Shown: positions 30,769-38,835 of the stretch, piece by piece
Layout: each line of letters begins with the position of its first letter
Position numbering within the stretch: the stretch's first letter is position 1
DNA from: Patescibacteria group bacterium
GTDB taxonomy: Bacteria > Patescibacteriota > Patescibacteriia > Magasanikbacterales > JBBTQS01
NCBI GenBank assembly: GCA_038065555.1
Contig: JBBTQS010000001.1
Coordinates: forward strand, 363,751 to 427,750
Reading direction: 5' to 3'
Length of the DNA stretch: 64,000 bases
Program-made: the position numbers and the translations under genes
Notes under the pieces: generated by a model
Databases searched by the model: none
Seen by the model: the letters and a program-made list of their open reading frames with translations, nothing else
What the model was told of the DNA's origin: nothing

Positions 30769-32520
30769 TTACTTTTTGACCGAGAGGATTACTTCTTGGC
30801 CTTCAGTCAGTCCTGTGATGATTTCGGTGCGACCTTCATCTGCGCGCATGCCTACCTTGATAGTAACTTCCTTTTCTACGCCATTTTCCAGAACACGGAC
30901 GTATTTGTCGTTGGTCTCATTGTCGCGAGTGCGCACAGCACGTGTTGGAATGGAGAGCGCGTCCTCACGTGTCTCTGTTGTAATATCTACATTCGCAGTC
31001 ATGCCTGGCTTGATCGGCTCATCAGTATCAGCAATGCGTACACGGACTTGGTAATACACAACGTCCTGTACTTCTGTAGATCCTGGATCAATAGCAATGA
31101 CGGTTCCAGTGAGCACCTTCTCAGAACCAAATGCGTCGAGCGTAATACGCGCCTTGTCATTGAGAGCCAACTTGGACACATCTGTCTCAGGAATATCTAC
31201 AGAAATCTCATAGTGAGGCGAGAGGAGCTGCACCATCACATCACTGCTGCTCACAAATTCTCCGCGCTTCTTCGCAATCTTCGTCACTACACCGTCAATT
31301 GGTGCGATAATAATTGCCTTATCGCGCGTGGCAACTGCCTGGCTCACTGCTGCGCGAAACGCTGCGACGTCCACTGCGCGAGGGGGTACAGTCTTTGCCA
31401 GGTAGTTAGCCTTTGCTTGGGCATAGGCAGCACCACGAATGGCACTATTAGCCTCTGCTGTTGCTCCTGCTTCAATGAGATCGCGCTCAGCTCTACCCAG
31501 GGCAATCTGGTAGTTAGCAAGCGCGTTACGACTATCTTCAATTGCCTGTTGTGCACTGATTACTGCTGTGTACTTCGTCGTCACCGCTGTGCGGCTCGCC
31601 TCAAGTGTGCTCTTCTTCGCGTCTAATGTGGTCTGCGTGAGCGACCCAACAGGGCGCATTGCTTTCACAAGCTCAATAACGGCGTCCATTAGGGTATTAC
31701 TGGAGAGCAACGCGGTCTGAGACACTGTAAAACCCACATCGATCGACGCATGCGTGCTCGCGGTGGTGAGTGGCAAGACTGCGGTGCGCGCTGATTGCAC
31801 CTGAGCCTTCGCTTGTGCATACGCTGCAATAGCTCGCGTCTGCTTCGCAGGTTCTGTAATCTCGACATTTAACTTAAAACTCTCATTCGCAAACGTGTTG
31901 TCTACGGCTAGAATATTATCTGCTTGCGTGAGTGTATCACTGAGTGTTCCCAACGTGGATTGTAATGTTGCTACTGCGGCATCATACTTCTGTTCCACAA
32001 CCGCACTATTATCCCCACCTTCTGCCAACTTCAAATTATTACGCGCAGTCTCTACAGCTGCCACTGCTGCGGCAATGGCTGCATTTCCATCATTTTGCGT
32101 CTGTTCCCAGCTTGCATTTGCAGAATCCAACGCCGCTTTGTAATACTGCCGGTCTTGTTCCGTTGCTCCGGCGAGCTTCTGATTGAGATTGGCTGCTGCT
32201 TGCGCAACTGCAGCGTTGAGTTCGCCCAAACGAAGTGCCGCAAGACGCTGGCCAGCCTTCACGGTTTGTCCTTCTTTCACCAACACTTCATTAACCGTTC
32301 CTGGCATTTCGAACCGAAGCGCGAGATCGTCTACTGAGGCAATTTTGCCCACAGCGCTCACCGTCTGCTGGAGCTCGCCACGTACCACAGGGGTCGTGTC
32401 GTACTGCACAGGCGCGTTCTTGGAGCTATACGAGCTATACCCAATACCGCCCACGACAAGAACTGCCGCAAGCGCGAGGTAGAATTTGGTACTTTTGAGA
32501 AATGTCCATGTCATAGTCAT
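30769..32520 (-). CDS. Efflux periplasmic adaptor (MacA/HlyD family) with long coiled coil
   Basis: VKEGQTVKAGQ, IAPIDGVV, KPGMTANV, GLTEGQEV. Confidence 0.93.
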   Translation of the reverse strand: MTMTWTFLKSTKFYLALAAVLVVGGIGYSSYSSKNAPVQYDTTPVVRGELQQTVSAVGKIASVDDLALRFEMPGTVNEVLVKEGQTVKAGQRLAALRLGELNAAVAQAAANLNQKLAGATEQDRQYYKAALDSANASWEQTQNDGNAAIAAAVAAVETARNNLKLAEGGDNSAVVEQKYDAAVATLQSTLGTLSDTLTQADNILAVDNTFANESFKLNVEITEPAKQTRAIAAYAQAKAQVQSARTAVLPLTTASTHASIDVGFTVSQTALLSSNTLMDAVIELVKAMRPVGSLTQTTLDAKKSTLEASRTAVTTKYTAVISAQQAIEDSRNALANYQIALGRAERDLIEAGATAEANSAIRGAAYAQAKANYLAKTVPPRAVDVAAFRAAVSQAVATRDKAIIIAPIDGVVTKIAKKRGEFVSSSDVMVQLLSPHYEISVDIPETDVSKLALNDKARITLDAFGSEKVLTGTVIAIDPGSTEVQDVVYYQVRVRIADTDEPIKPGMTANVDITTETREDALSIPTRAVRTRDNETNDKYVRVLENGVEKEVTIKVGMRADEGRTEIITGLTEGQEVILSVKK

Positions 32521-32600
32521 AGGATAGTATCCTAGCGTATTTTACTGGATTTGACAATGGGTGTCGATTCATCGAAAGTGAAGACACAGGAGGTGCAATC

Positions 32601-32993
32601 ATGCACACAGTCAATGGAGAAATCGGTAGATGGTTCGCACTTTCCGCTCTTGCACTCATTGCATGCACGGGACTGTGCGCACTGACCAACATCAGTGCAT
32701 CCGGAATTCCCCAGTTCTACCCACGTTCCAACACGGAATACCTCCTCATCGGCGGGATCAGTTGCGTACTATCAGTCCTCATCCACTGGAACGCGCCATC
32801 GTGGAAATCAGTCCTCGGCTCGAACCTCGGATTCATCGCCGCATGGCTACTCATGACCTGGGTTGTGCCCTGGTTGCAGCTGAACGACATCACGCTCATG
32901 CTCGTGTGCATGAGCAACGCCGCAGTTGTTGCCTGGATTGTATTCCTCTCCAAGCGCGCCTACATCTCATTCGTCCTGCGCATTCGCGTGTAA
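32601..32993 (+). CDS. Hypothetical 4-TM membrane protein
   Basis: 130 aa hydrophobic; AGGAGGTG SD; TTGACA at 32551. Confidence 0.7.
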   Translation: MHTVNGEIGRWFALSALALIACTGLCALTNISASGIPQFYPRSNTEYLLIGGISCVLSVLIHWNAPSWKSVLGSNLGFIAAWLLMTWVVPWLQLNDITLMLVCMSNAAVVAWIVFLSKRAYISFVLRIRV

Positions 32994-33014
32994 CACGCAA
33001 TGCGCACCACCCGA

Positions 33015-33100
33015 GAACCATCGTCCAACTGTGACGATGGTTCGCTCGTTTTGTCCCAAAATAGTAACAACCCGAACACGTGTATACGTATTCGGGTTGT
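33015..33100. terminator. Two hairpins between convergent ORFans
   Basis: GAACCATCGTC/GACGATGGTTC and ACAACCCGAA/TTCGGGTTGT stems. Confidence 0.6.
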
Positions 33101-33119
33101 CTGGTGTGCTCGAGCACGT

Positions 33120-33665
33120 TCAGAACGTCGCTTGCACAGCATGTTCTGCCACGAACTTGAAAAATGGTTGGAAGAAATCGTTGTGCATGCGCCGTGCGAA
33201 CTCTTCCGCCTCCCCGATCGTTGCGAACTCGCCCATGTGCAGCGCGTACATGATGCAGATGGCCTCGTTGACCATCGCATCTTGCCCTGCGAAGCTGTAG
33301 ATGTTCCCAGACTTGGCGCCGCGGATCGCACCCGCATAATTGTCCGATGCATCGCGACTTGCGACGCGCGTCGGATTCTGGACCAGAAACTCCGCAAGAG
33401 CGCGGGCCTGGTGCTTGTTGGCCACGTGACGCTCTGCCGGCACCGTATTGGCGCTCGGGAAATAAATCACCGACAGCTCCGTCCCTCCACTCCTATTCTT
33501 GATGTGGAACGCACCACAGCACATCAGTGGATCGAACATGCTCTGGAACTGCGTGGAGTTGACGCCGAACATGCATGCGACCTGCAGTATCTTGCTCGCA
33601 GGAAGCGCCAACTTCTCCGAGAGTTCAGTATCATCGTCATCGAATTGGTACTCTGGTCGATCCAT
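33120..33665 (-). CDS. Hypothetical protein, possibly GlcG/HbpS-like fold
   Basis: GAGGTG SD before MDRPEY; YAGAIR..IYSFAG..NEAI pattern (weak resemblance). Confidence 0.6.
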   Translation of the reverse strand: MDRPEYQFDDDDTELSEKLALPASKILQVACMFGVNSTQFQSMFDPLMCCGAFHIKNRSGGTELSVIYFPSANTVPAERHVANKHQARALAEFLVQNPTRVASRDASDNYAGAIRGAKSGNIYSFAGQDAMVNEAICIMYALHMGEFATIGEAEEFARRMHNDFFQPFFKFVAEHAVQATF

Positions 33666-33761
33666 CGAATCCACCTCACTGTTACATGGATTGAGAACAC
33701 GCAACACCCCTATGTTACGTAGCGGAATCGAATCATATTCGTTGCCGAACGTCAAGAATAT

Positions 33762-34400
33762 CTACGCGCGACTCGCCTGCAGTACAAGAATGGGATGCGT
33801 GCCCATCTCGACAGCATCGAACACCACAGCAGTTTGCACCCCCGTAAACCCTGCCGTCACTGCTGCACACGCAAGTGTCTCCTGCGCCACGTGATGAAAA
33901 AATATTTTGTGACCCATGCTCCCATCAGCTGCAGTCAGCCATTCATCGCGGACTTCCTCCTCGTCCGCACCAAGGCTTGTGATAATACTGATCACACCAC
34001 CCGGCTTGAGCGCGCGATACCACCCACTCAGTGTACGCGCAACATCCGCCTTCGGAATATGAATAATAGAAAATGAGGACCAGACTGCATCGAACGTCGC
34101 GTCGGCAAAATCTACCGCTCGAATATCCATCGACAGCACAGTCGCCTCTGGCGCTGCTTGGCGTGCCAACGTCAGCATCGTGTCTGAGAAATCAACACCC
34201 GTTACATTGTACCCATGTTGCACGAACCAGCGCGTTGCGCGACCAGCACCACACCCAACGTCGAGCACAGCAGCACCTGCCGGGAGCCGCGCCGCGAATT
34301 GCTCGAACTGCTGGAGCAGGAATAGAGTGTCACCGTAGCGCGCAGCGTACGAGGCGCCGACAGCGTTGTAGGTAGATTGGACGAACTCAGACTCCTTCAT
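33762..34400 (-). CDS. Class I SAM-dependent methyltransferase
   Basis: VLDVGCGAG, GVDFS, FDAVW, LKPGG. Confidence 0.93.
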   Translation of the reverse strand: MKESEFVQSTYNAVGASYAARYGDTLFLLQQFEQFAARLPAGAAVLDVGCGAGRATRWFVQHGYNVTGVDFSDTMLTLARQAAPEATVLSMDIRAVDFADATFDAVWSSFSIIHIPKADVARTLSGWYRALKPGGVISIITSLGADEEEVRDEWLTAADGSMGHKIFFHHVAQETLACAAVTAGFTGVQTAVVFDAVEMGTHPILVLQASRA

Positions 34401-35353
34401 GTTCGTGGGAGTGTCTTTTCAAATCGTAGAATCTCATTACGCATACGATTTGCATCCCACGCCTTTCGTTTGTTCAACATATAATCGTCCATAATGCGGA
34501 AGAAATCCAACACTATTTTCACAGCGTAGATGCGCTCGAGGTGTTGTGCGTCTACCGCACGTCCGTAATACGTCTTCAAAAAGAGTTGCTGTTGCATCTT
34601 CGTAAGCCGCGAGTCTGCAAAAAAATTACCAATGTCCACTTCAGGAATATCAGATCCACCACCCTCCCAATCAATAAGCCTAATCTTGTCACCAGCCACC
34701 AACATATTCTCCTTCTTCAAATCCGCGTGCACGAGACTGAAAGACGTGATTCCATCAAAACAATGCAGCCCACTGAAGTACAAGCCCAGTGATTTCCTCA
34801 CCCGATTGAATGGTTCAACCACAAGCTCAATACCAGGTAGATCCGTATACTTTTCAATCTGCTTATCCGCACCGTTCGCATACAGATCAAAAATATCGCA
34901 AGTATATGGCAGCGCGTCCTTGGGTGGAAATGTGTCTCCAGAACGCCTGAATGTAATGGCATGCAACTTCTTCAGAGTCTTTGCTACAGAAATAATATGC
35001 GTATCTGCAAATCGCCGCACAGGCTCCCCTTCTACATAATCCACAATAGTGAAGTGTTGCCCTAGGGGATTTTTTGTGCTCAGATAGTACACCTTTGGTG
35101 CAATACTAAGGTGCTCAATTTTCTTGAGGATTTGGAACTCCTGCTTCTTGATCCCCCAATCATTTTTCAGCGAATAGAAGTTCACCCGCGCAACATATTT
35201 CTTTTTTCCACCCGTGATCAAATACAGATGCGTTCCTCCACCACTCTTGAAGTACGTGACGGAAAAGTCCTTGCGCAACGTCACACCTGCGATGCGCTTC
35301 GATGCCAACAACTTCGAAAGATACGCGATGGTCTGTTGATGTACTGTCTCCAT
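34397..35353 (-). CDS. Aminoglycoside phosphotransferase / choline kinase-like protein
   Basis: VHADLKKENML, IDWE; visibly more AT-rich than flanks. Confidence 0.88.
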   Translation of the reverse strand: METVHQQTIAYLSKLLASKRIAGVTLRKDFSVTYFKSGGGTHLYLITGGKKKYVARVNFYSLKNDWGIKKQEFQILKKIEHLSIAPKVYYLSTKNPLGQHFTIVDYVEGEPVRRFADTHIISVAKTLKKLHAITFRRSGDTFPPKDALPYTCDIFDLYANGADKQIEKYTDLPGIELVVEPFNRVRKSLGLYFSGLHCFDGITSFSLVHADLKKENMLVAGDKIRLIDWEGGGSDIPEVDIGNFFADSRLTKMQQQLFLKTYYGRAVDAQHLERIYAVKIVLDFFRIMDDYMLNKRKAWDANRMRNEILRFEKTLPRT

Positions 35354-35392
35354 ACGATTTTACACAAGAATACCACTTCGATAGCCACGCGC

Positions 35393-35431
35393 AAAGAACA
35401 ACAACCGCCTTTGAAGCGGTTGCTGTTCTTT
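35393..35431 (-). terminator. Hairpin downstream of tRNA-Trp
   Basis: AAAGAACA.CAACCGC / GCGGTTG.TGTTCTTT. Confidence 0.65.
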
Positions 35432-35434
35432 GTT

Positions 35435-35508
35435 TGGCAGGGGCGGTAGGAATCGAACCTACGCAGAAGGTTTTGGAGACCTTTGTACTACCATTATACG
35501 ACGCCCCC
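35435..35508 (-). tRNA. tRNA-Trp(CCA)
   Basis: GGGGGCG..GGTCT CCA AAACC..GGTTCGATTCC..CGCCCCTGCCA cloverleaf with encoded CCA. Confidence 0.96.
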
Positions 35509-35572
35509 AGTACTTGAGATCGACTCAAGTATACCAGAATACCACAACGCCGGCAGATGCCGGCGAGCGGAA

Positions 35573-35728
35573 CTACTTTGTTTCCTTGTGTGGGGTGTGC
35601 TTCACGCAAAACTTGCAGTGCTTATTTGTAAGCATGCGAGCCTTGATGATCTTCTTGTTCTTGTGGGTGTCATGCGTCACGCGGCTGCATGCGCTGCACT
35701 CAAGGTGAATCAAATTGTCTTGTGACAT
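35573..35728 (-). CDS. rpmG: 50S ribosomal protein L33 (zinc-ribbon type)
   Basis: MSQDNLIHLECSAC..KNKK..KHCKFCVKHTPHKETK. Confidence 0.95.
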   Translation of the reverse strand: MSQDNLIHLECSACSRVTHDTHKNKKIIKARMLTNKHCKFCVKHTPHKETK

Positions 35729-35763
35729 ATGTCAGTAATTAACTGGTCTTTCAATACTCTCGG

Positions 35764-35836
35764 AGCCATCTCCGGGGTTCGAACCCGGGACCTACGGTTT
35801 ACAAAACCGTTGCTCTACCAGCTGAGCTAAGATGGC
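35764..35836 (-). tRNA. tRNA-Thr(UGU)
   Basis: GCCATCTTAGCTCAGCTGGTAGAGC..TT TGT AA..GGTTCGAACCC; followed by CCG, not CCA. Confidence 0.96.
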
Positions 35837-35840
35837 GCTG

Positions 35841-35922
35841 TGGGCAGGGGGGGATTCGAACCCACGAAGGCGTAGCCAGCAGATTTACAGTCTGCCCCGG
35901 TTGACCACTTCGGTACCTGCCC
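35841..35922 (-). tRNA. tRNA-Tyr(GUA)
   Basis: GGGCAGG..GCAGACT GTA AATCTGC, long variable arm, GGTTCGAATCC; CCA not encoded. Confidence 0.96.
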
Positions 35923-35939
35923 ATGGAAGTAACGGCGGT

Positions 35940-35968
35940 ATTGTATGCAATTGTCGTATTTTTGTCAA
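35940..35968 (-). promoter_or_regulatory. sigma70 promoter of the tRNA-Tyr/Thr-rpmG unit
   Basis: TTGACA-17-TACAAT. Confidence 0.75.
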
Positions 35969-36069
35969 AAGGACCAACTTCCTCAAATTTCCTTAAAAAA
36001 AGCTCACCCCACCACCGACGTCTGTCAGTGATGGGGTGTAGCAGTGCCGGACGTCGTACGTCCGTACTG

Positions 36070-36366
36070 TCAGTCGCCCGATCGCTTCATACGATCGAAC
36101 GAGTCTGGGTCGTTGTTCCAGGCCTCGAGTGTCTCCTCGAAGGCCCACTGCGTATTGGACCGAAGCGTCGCGAGGTCTCCCTCACAGACGAACCAGTACA
36201 ATCGCCTCTTCGTATGCGGCCCGCCGCCCTCATAGTCCGGCGTGGTGCTGCTCAACGCCAGTGTCATGATATCCCGCATCTTGCCGGGGAAATCTTTGCG
36301 TTGGAGGTGGAGCACCCGAGGTGGGCACTCCTCGGAGCTGCCAGCTGGTCTTGCTTCGAGATACAT
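36070..36366 (-). CDS. Hypothetical 98-aa protein, paralog of upstream neighbour
   Basis: AGGAGG SD before MYLEARP; aligns with 36369-36662. Confidence 0.8.
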   Translation of the reverse strand: MYLEARPAGSSEECPPRVLHLQRKDFPGKMRDIMTLALSSTTPDYEGGGPHTKRRLYWFVCEGDLATLRSNTQWAFEETLEAWNNDPDSFDRMKRSGD

Positions 36367-36368
36367 GG

Positions 36369-36662
36369 TCAGCCTCCTGTCGCCTTCTTGAACGACTCGG
36401 GCTTCGCGTTCCAGCGCTTGAGCTGGGAACGAAGCGCTCGCTCCGTGCAGTCCCAGACGCGTCGCGGCTCGTAGTCGCACACGTACCAGTACATCTGGTC
36501 GCTGGGGCTGGCATCTGGATCCGAGTCGGGACTCGAGGAACTCCCCATGACCTCCTGGATCAGCCCCTCGAGATCGTCATTCGGGAAATCCGACGATTCG
36601 AGAACGATGACCATCGCAGGGCAGTCCGCGGAGCTGTTGGGCGGTCGATTATCGAGATACAT
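36369..36662 (-). CDS. Hypothetical 97-aa protein, paralog of downstream neighbour
   Basis: GAGGAG SD before MYLDNRP; shared MYL.RP..SS..CP..DFP..YW.VC..WN..P.SF. Confidence 0.8.
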   Translation of the reverse strand: MYLDNRPPNSSADCPAMVIVLESSDFPNDDLEGLIQEVMGSSSSPDSDPDASPSDQMYWYVCDYEPRRVWDCTERALRSQLKRWNAKPESFKKATGG

Positions 36663-36730
36663 GAGATGCTCCTCATTTGAACAGAACGAATTCCACATCA
36701 CTCGGGACCCCGAGCTGCGGAAAACAAATA

Positions 36731-36759
36731 TGTATACCACATTTTTAGGCTTTTGTCAA
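36731..36759 (-). promoter_or_regulatory. sigma70 promoter for the paralog pair
   Basis: TTGACA-17-TATACA with extended TG. Confidence 0.65.
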
Positions 36760-36786
36760 GATGTGCATTGAAAAACAGAAAAATTA

Positions 36787-36822
36787 CAAAAGAAAACACC
36801 CCACTCTCTCGAATGGGGTGTT
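36787..36822 (-). terminator. Intrinsic terminator closing the 38592-36826 operon
   Basis: AACACCCCA/TGGGGTGTT stem then TTCTTTT. Confidence 0.75.
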
Positions 36823-36825
36823 CTG

Positions 36826-36888
36826 TTAGTCGTGCGACGGCAATCCGCCACATGGACGCTGGAGCGTCCGCCATCGAAGTCCGCTCAT
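36826..36888 (-). CDS. Putative 20-aa peptide MSGLRWRTLQRPCGGLPSHD
   Basis: AGGAGGAG SD right after the upstream stop, ATG 6 nt later, TAA just before the terminator. Confidence 0.5.
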   Translation of the reverse strand: MSGLRWRTLQRPCGGLPSHD

Positions 36889-36903
36889 TGGATACTCCTC
36901 CTG

Positions 36904-37656
36904 TTAGACGGTGAAGGGATGAATGATGGGAAGCTCTTGCGTTCGCAGCGGCTGGTACATCCGATCCTTGCGCGACGCAGGGCTCTCGGATTGCACGTAG
37001 ATTGCGTTCGGGTACACTCGTTCGAGCGTTGCGCCCTCGAACGCATATGCTGCGACCTGTCGTTGCGCCGCCTCACGCGTTCCGCCAGGGAACAGGATGT
37101 CAGGGAACGCTCGCAGGTGTTGATCTTCTTGATGCACGTGCAGTGCTTGTGCTGACTCACTCGCCCACCGCACTGCGTGCGCGTGAGTCACGTGAAGTGC
37201 CGCACGAGATTCGATCGAACTCCACGTCGCAACATCCCAGTTCTCAGGAATCTGTTTGCGTCCCTCCTCGATCATCAGCTCACAGGCTGTTGTACTCTCA
37301 CTCTGATCACAGCTCCAGCCCCACGTGCGAACCGGCTCACAATCAGGGAGCACCACCAGCATCTGTGCATCGACATGATCACGAATGCGCTGAAGCAACG
37401 ATTGCATCTGTCCGTACTTGCGACTGCGCAGGAAATACGTTTCGAACAGATCGAGTCGCAGTTCCTCTTTGTCCTTGTACGTTCCCAGGCAGGAGAATGC
37501 GATGAACTGCAGCGGTTGGTTCGCATGCAATGCTGCGAGCACTCGCGCAGGCGCGTAGAATGATTCTTGCTCACAGGCCTCGAACAGTTCGAGCACTCGT
37601 TGTGCACTCGTACTGAGCGCACGCCTGAGCTGTCGTTCTTCCTTTGTTGATGCCAC
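36904..37656 (-). CDS. Hypothetical enzyme B, Rossmann/HUP-like; paralog of 37735-38592
   Basis: GAGGAGGTG SD plus GTG; PLQFIAFSC, VVLPDCEP, YAFEG, QSESP..MYQPL..LPII. Confidence 0.8.
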   Translation of the reverse strand: MASTKEERQLRRALSTSAQRVLELFEACEQESFYAPARVLAALHANQPLQFIAFSCLGTYKDKEELRLDLFETYFLRSRKYGQMQSLLQRIRDHVDAQMLVVLPDCEPVRTWGWSCDQSESTTACELMIEEGRKQIPENWDVATWSSIESRAALHVTHAHAVRWASESAQALHVHQEDQHLRAFPDILFPGGTREAAQRQVAAYAFEGATLERVYPNAIYVQSESPASRKDRMYQPLRTQELPIIHPFTV

Positions 37657-37734
37657 GTGCCACCTCCTCGGTGCGAGATCAGCTGTGAAGCGTCCTGACC
37701 TTCAGGACGCTCGTGCAGCTGACCGCTGCACACG

Positions 37735-38592
37735 TCATTGATATCCTCCGTTATCAACGCCGTAGAAATACACAATCGGCAACTGCGCATCATACTGCTG
37801 TGCAATCAGCGGTTGATACATCGTTGATCGCAGGACTGACGGATTCTCATTCTGGATGAGAATCATTGGCATGAGCGACTTGTACATCCACCGCGCCTGC
37901 AACGCATACTCTACGAATTTGCGACGAATCCAATCGCGCAAGACTGTCTCGTCAGGCGCCGTGAGTCCATCGAAATATTTGCCCACAGTGAACTGTGTTC
38001 GCAGTGCACGCAACTCCCATTCGCGATCAGTCTCACTCCCCACTCCCCGCGCCAACTCCTGATCGAACTCTTGCTCGAACGTCTGTGCACGCAACTGATT
38101 CTGTTCCTGCTCCCAGACATACCAACTCACCACACGCGCACGGAGCGCTGGATATGTTGCTGCAACCCATGCTTCCAACGCATCGCGATACTGTGCCCAT
38201 CGCGCTGCGAACTGCTCGACTACCGACGCGCGATCAGCCTGGGACAACTCCTGGAACTGCTGCCGATAGATGTAGTACGGATCTGTATTACCAATCATGA
38301 TCACGACTTCGACTGGATACACCTCGCGTAGCGCCTGCACAATCCTCGTGAGCCGCGGCAAATCTGCTTCCAGATTGTTGCCCGCAGTATCAGTGCGCAC
38401 GTACATCCACGGCGTGTCGCTGTACATCTCTCGCGCAGTGATCGTTGAACACGTGAACGTCACGAACCGCAGTGGTACACCCGCTTCCACAGCACGCTCT
38501 ACTGCCTGTTGAACCGCGGCGCGATACGTATCCTCTGCGGCGTCATACACCGCAAGTTTTTCCATGATGTCTCGAATGATTTGTTTTTGCAT
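37735..38592 (-). CDS. Hypothetical enzyme A, Rossmann/HUP-like; paralog of 36904-37656
   Basis: PLRFVTFTC, IMIGNTDP, YALQA, QNENP..MYQPL..LPIV; start placed at MQKQII. Confidence 0.8.
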   Translation of the reverse strand: MQKQIIRDIMEKLAVYDAAEDTYRAAVQQAVERAVEAGVPLRFVTFTCSTITAREMYSDTPWMYVRTDTAGNNLEADLPRLTRIVQALREVYPVEVVIMIGNTDPYYIYRQQFQELSQADRASVVEQFAARWAQYRDALEAWVAATYPALRARVVSWYVWEQEQNQLRAQTFEQEFDQELARGVGSETDREWELRALRTQFTVGKYFDGLTAPDETVLRDWIRRKFVEYALQARWMYKSLMPMILIQNENPSVLRSTMYQPLIAQQYDAQLPIVYFYGVDNGGYQ

Positions 38593-38601
38593 ACTGTAAT
38601 G

Positions 38602-38788
38602 AAGAGAAAAAAGAAACACCCCTCTCTTTCGAGAGGGGTGTTGGCGAAATGATGGTCGGAAATCCTACGCATCAAAGCACACCTCTGTCGAAAGAGAAGC
38701 GTGTGGATGCGGAGCATGAATTGCAAGTGTAGCGCGCAAGATTTGATTCATACATACCCACCGTAGCGAATCTCAAAAAATCTGTCAA
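38602..38788 (-). promoter_or_regulatory. Promoter plus leader-peptide transcription attenuator
   Basis: TTGACA(38783-88)-17-TACGGT; short leader ORFs; 12-bp GAAA-loop terminator (38615-38642) with U-tract; antiterminator-complementary segment at 38678-38697. Confidence 0.7.
38665..38751 (-). CDS. Putative leader peptide MNQILRATLAIHAPHPHASLSTEVCFDA
   Basis: Starts near the predicted TSS and overlaps the protector/antiterminator; an alternative 27-aa frame (38672-38755) also exists. Confidence 0.4.
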   Translation of the reverse strand: MNQILRATLAIHAPHPHASLSTEVCFDA

Positions 38789-38835
38789 ATGAATGAGGTC
38801 CTGTCACAGCTGAGCTGCAACAGGACCTTCGTTGT

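Noticed and set aside
35923-36069. attR duplication of a tRNA 3' end bounding the accessory block
   Set aside because: No copy of the tRNA-Thr(GGU) 3' sequence was found by eye.
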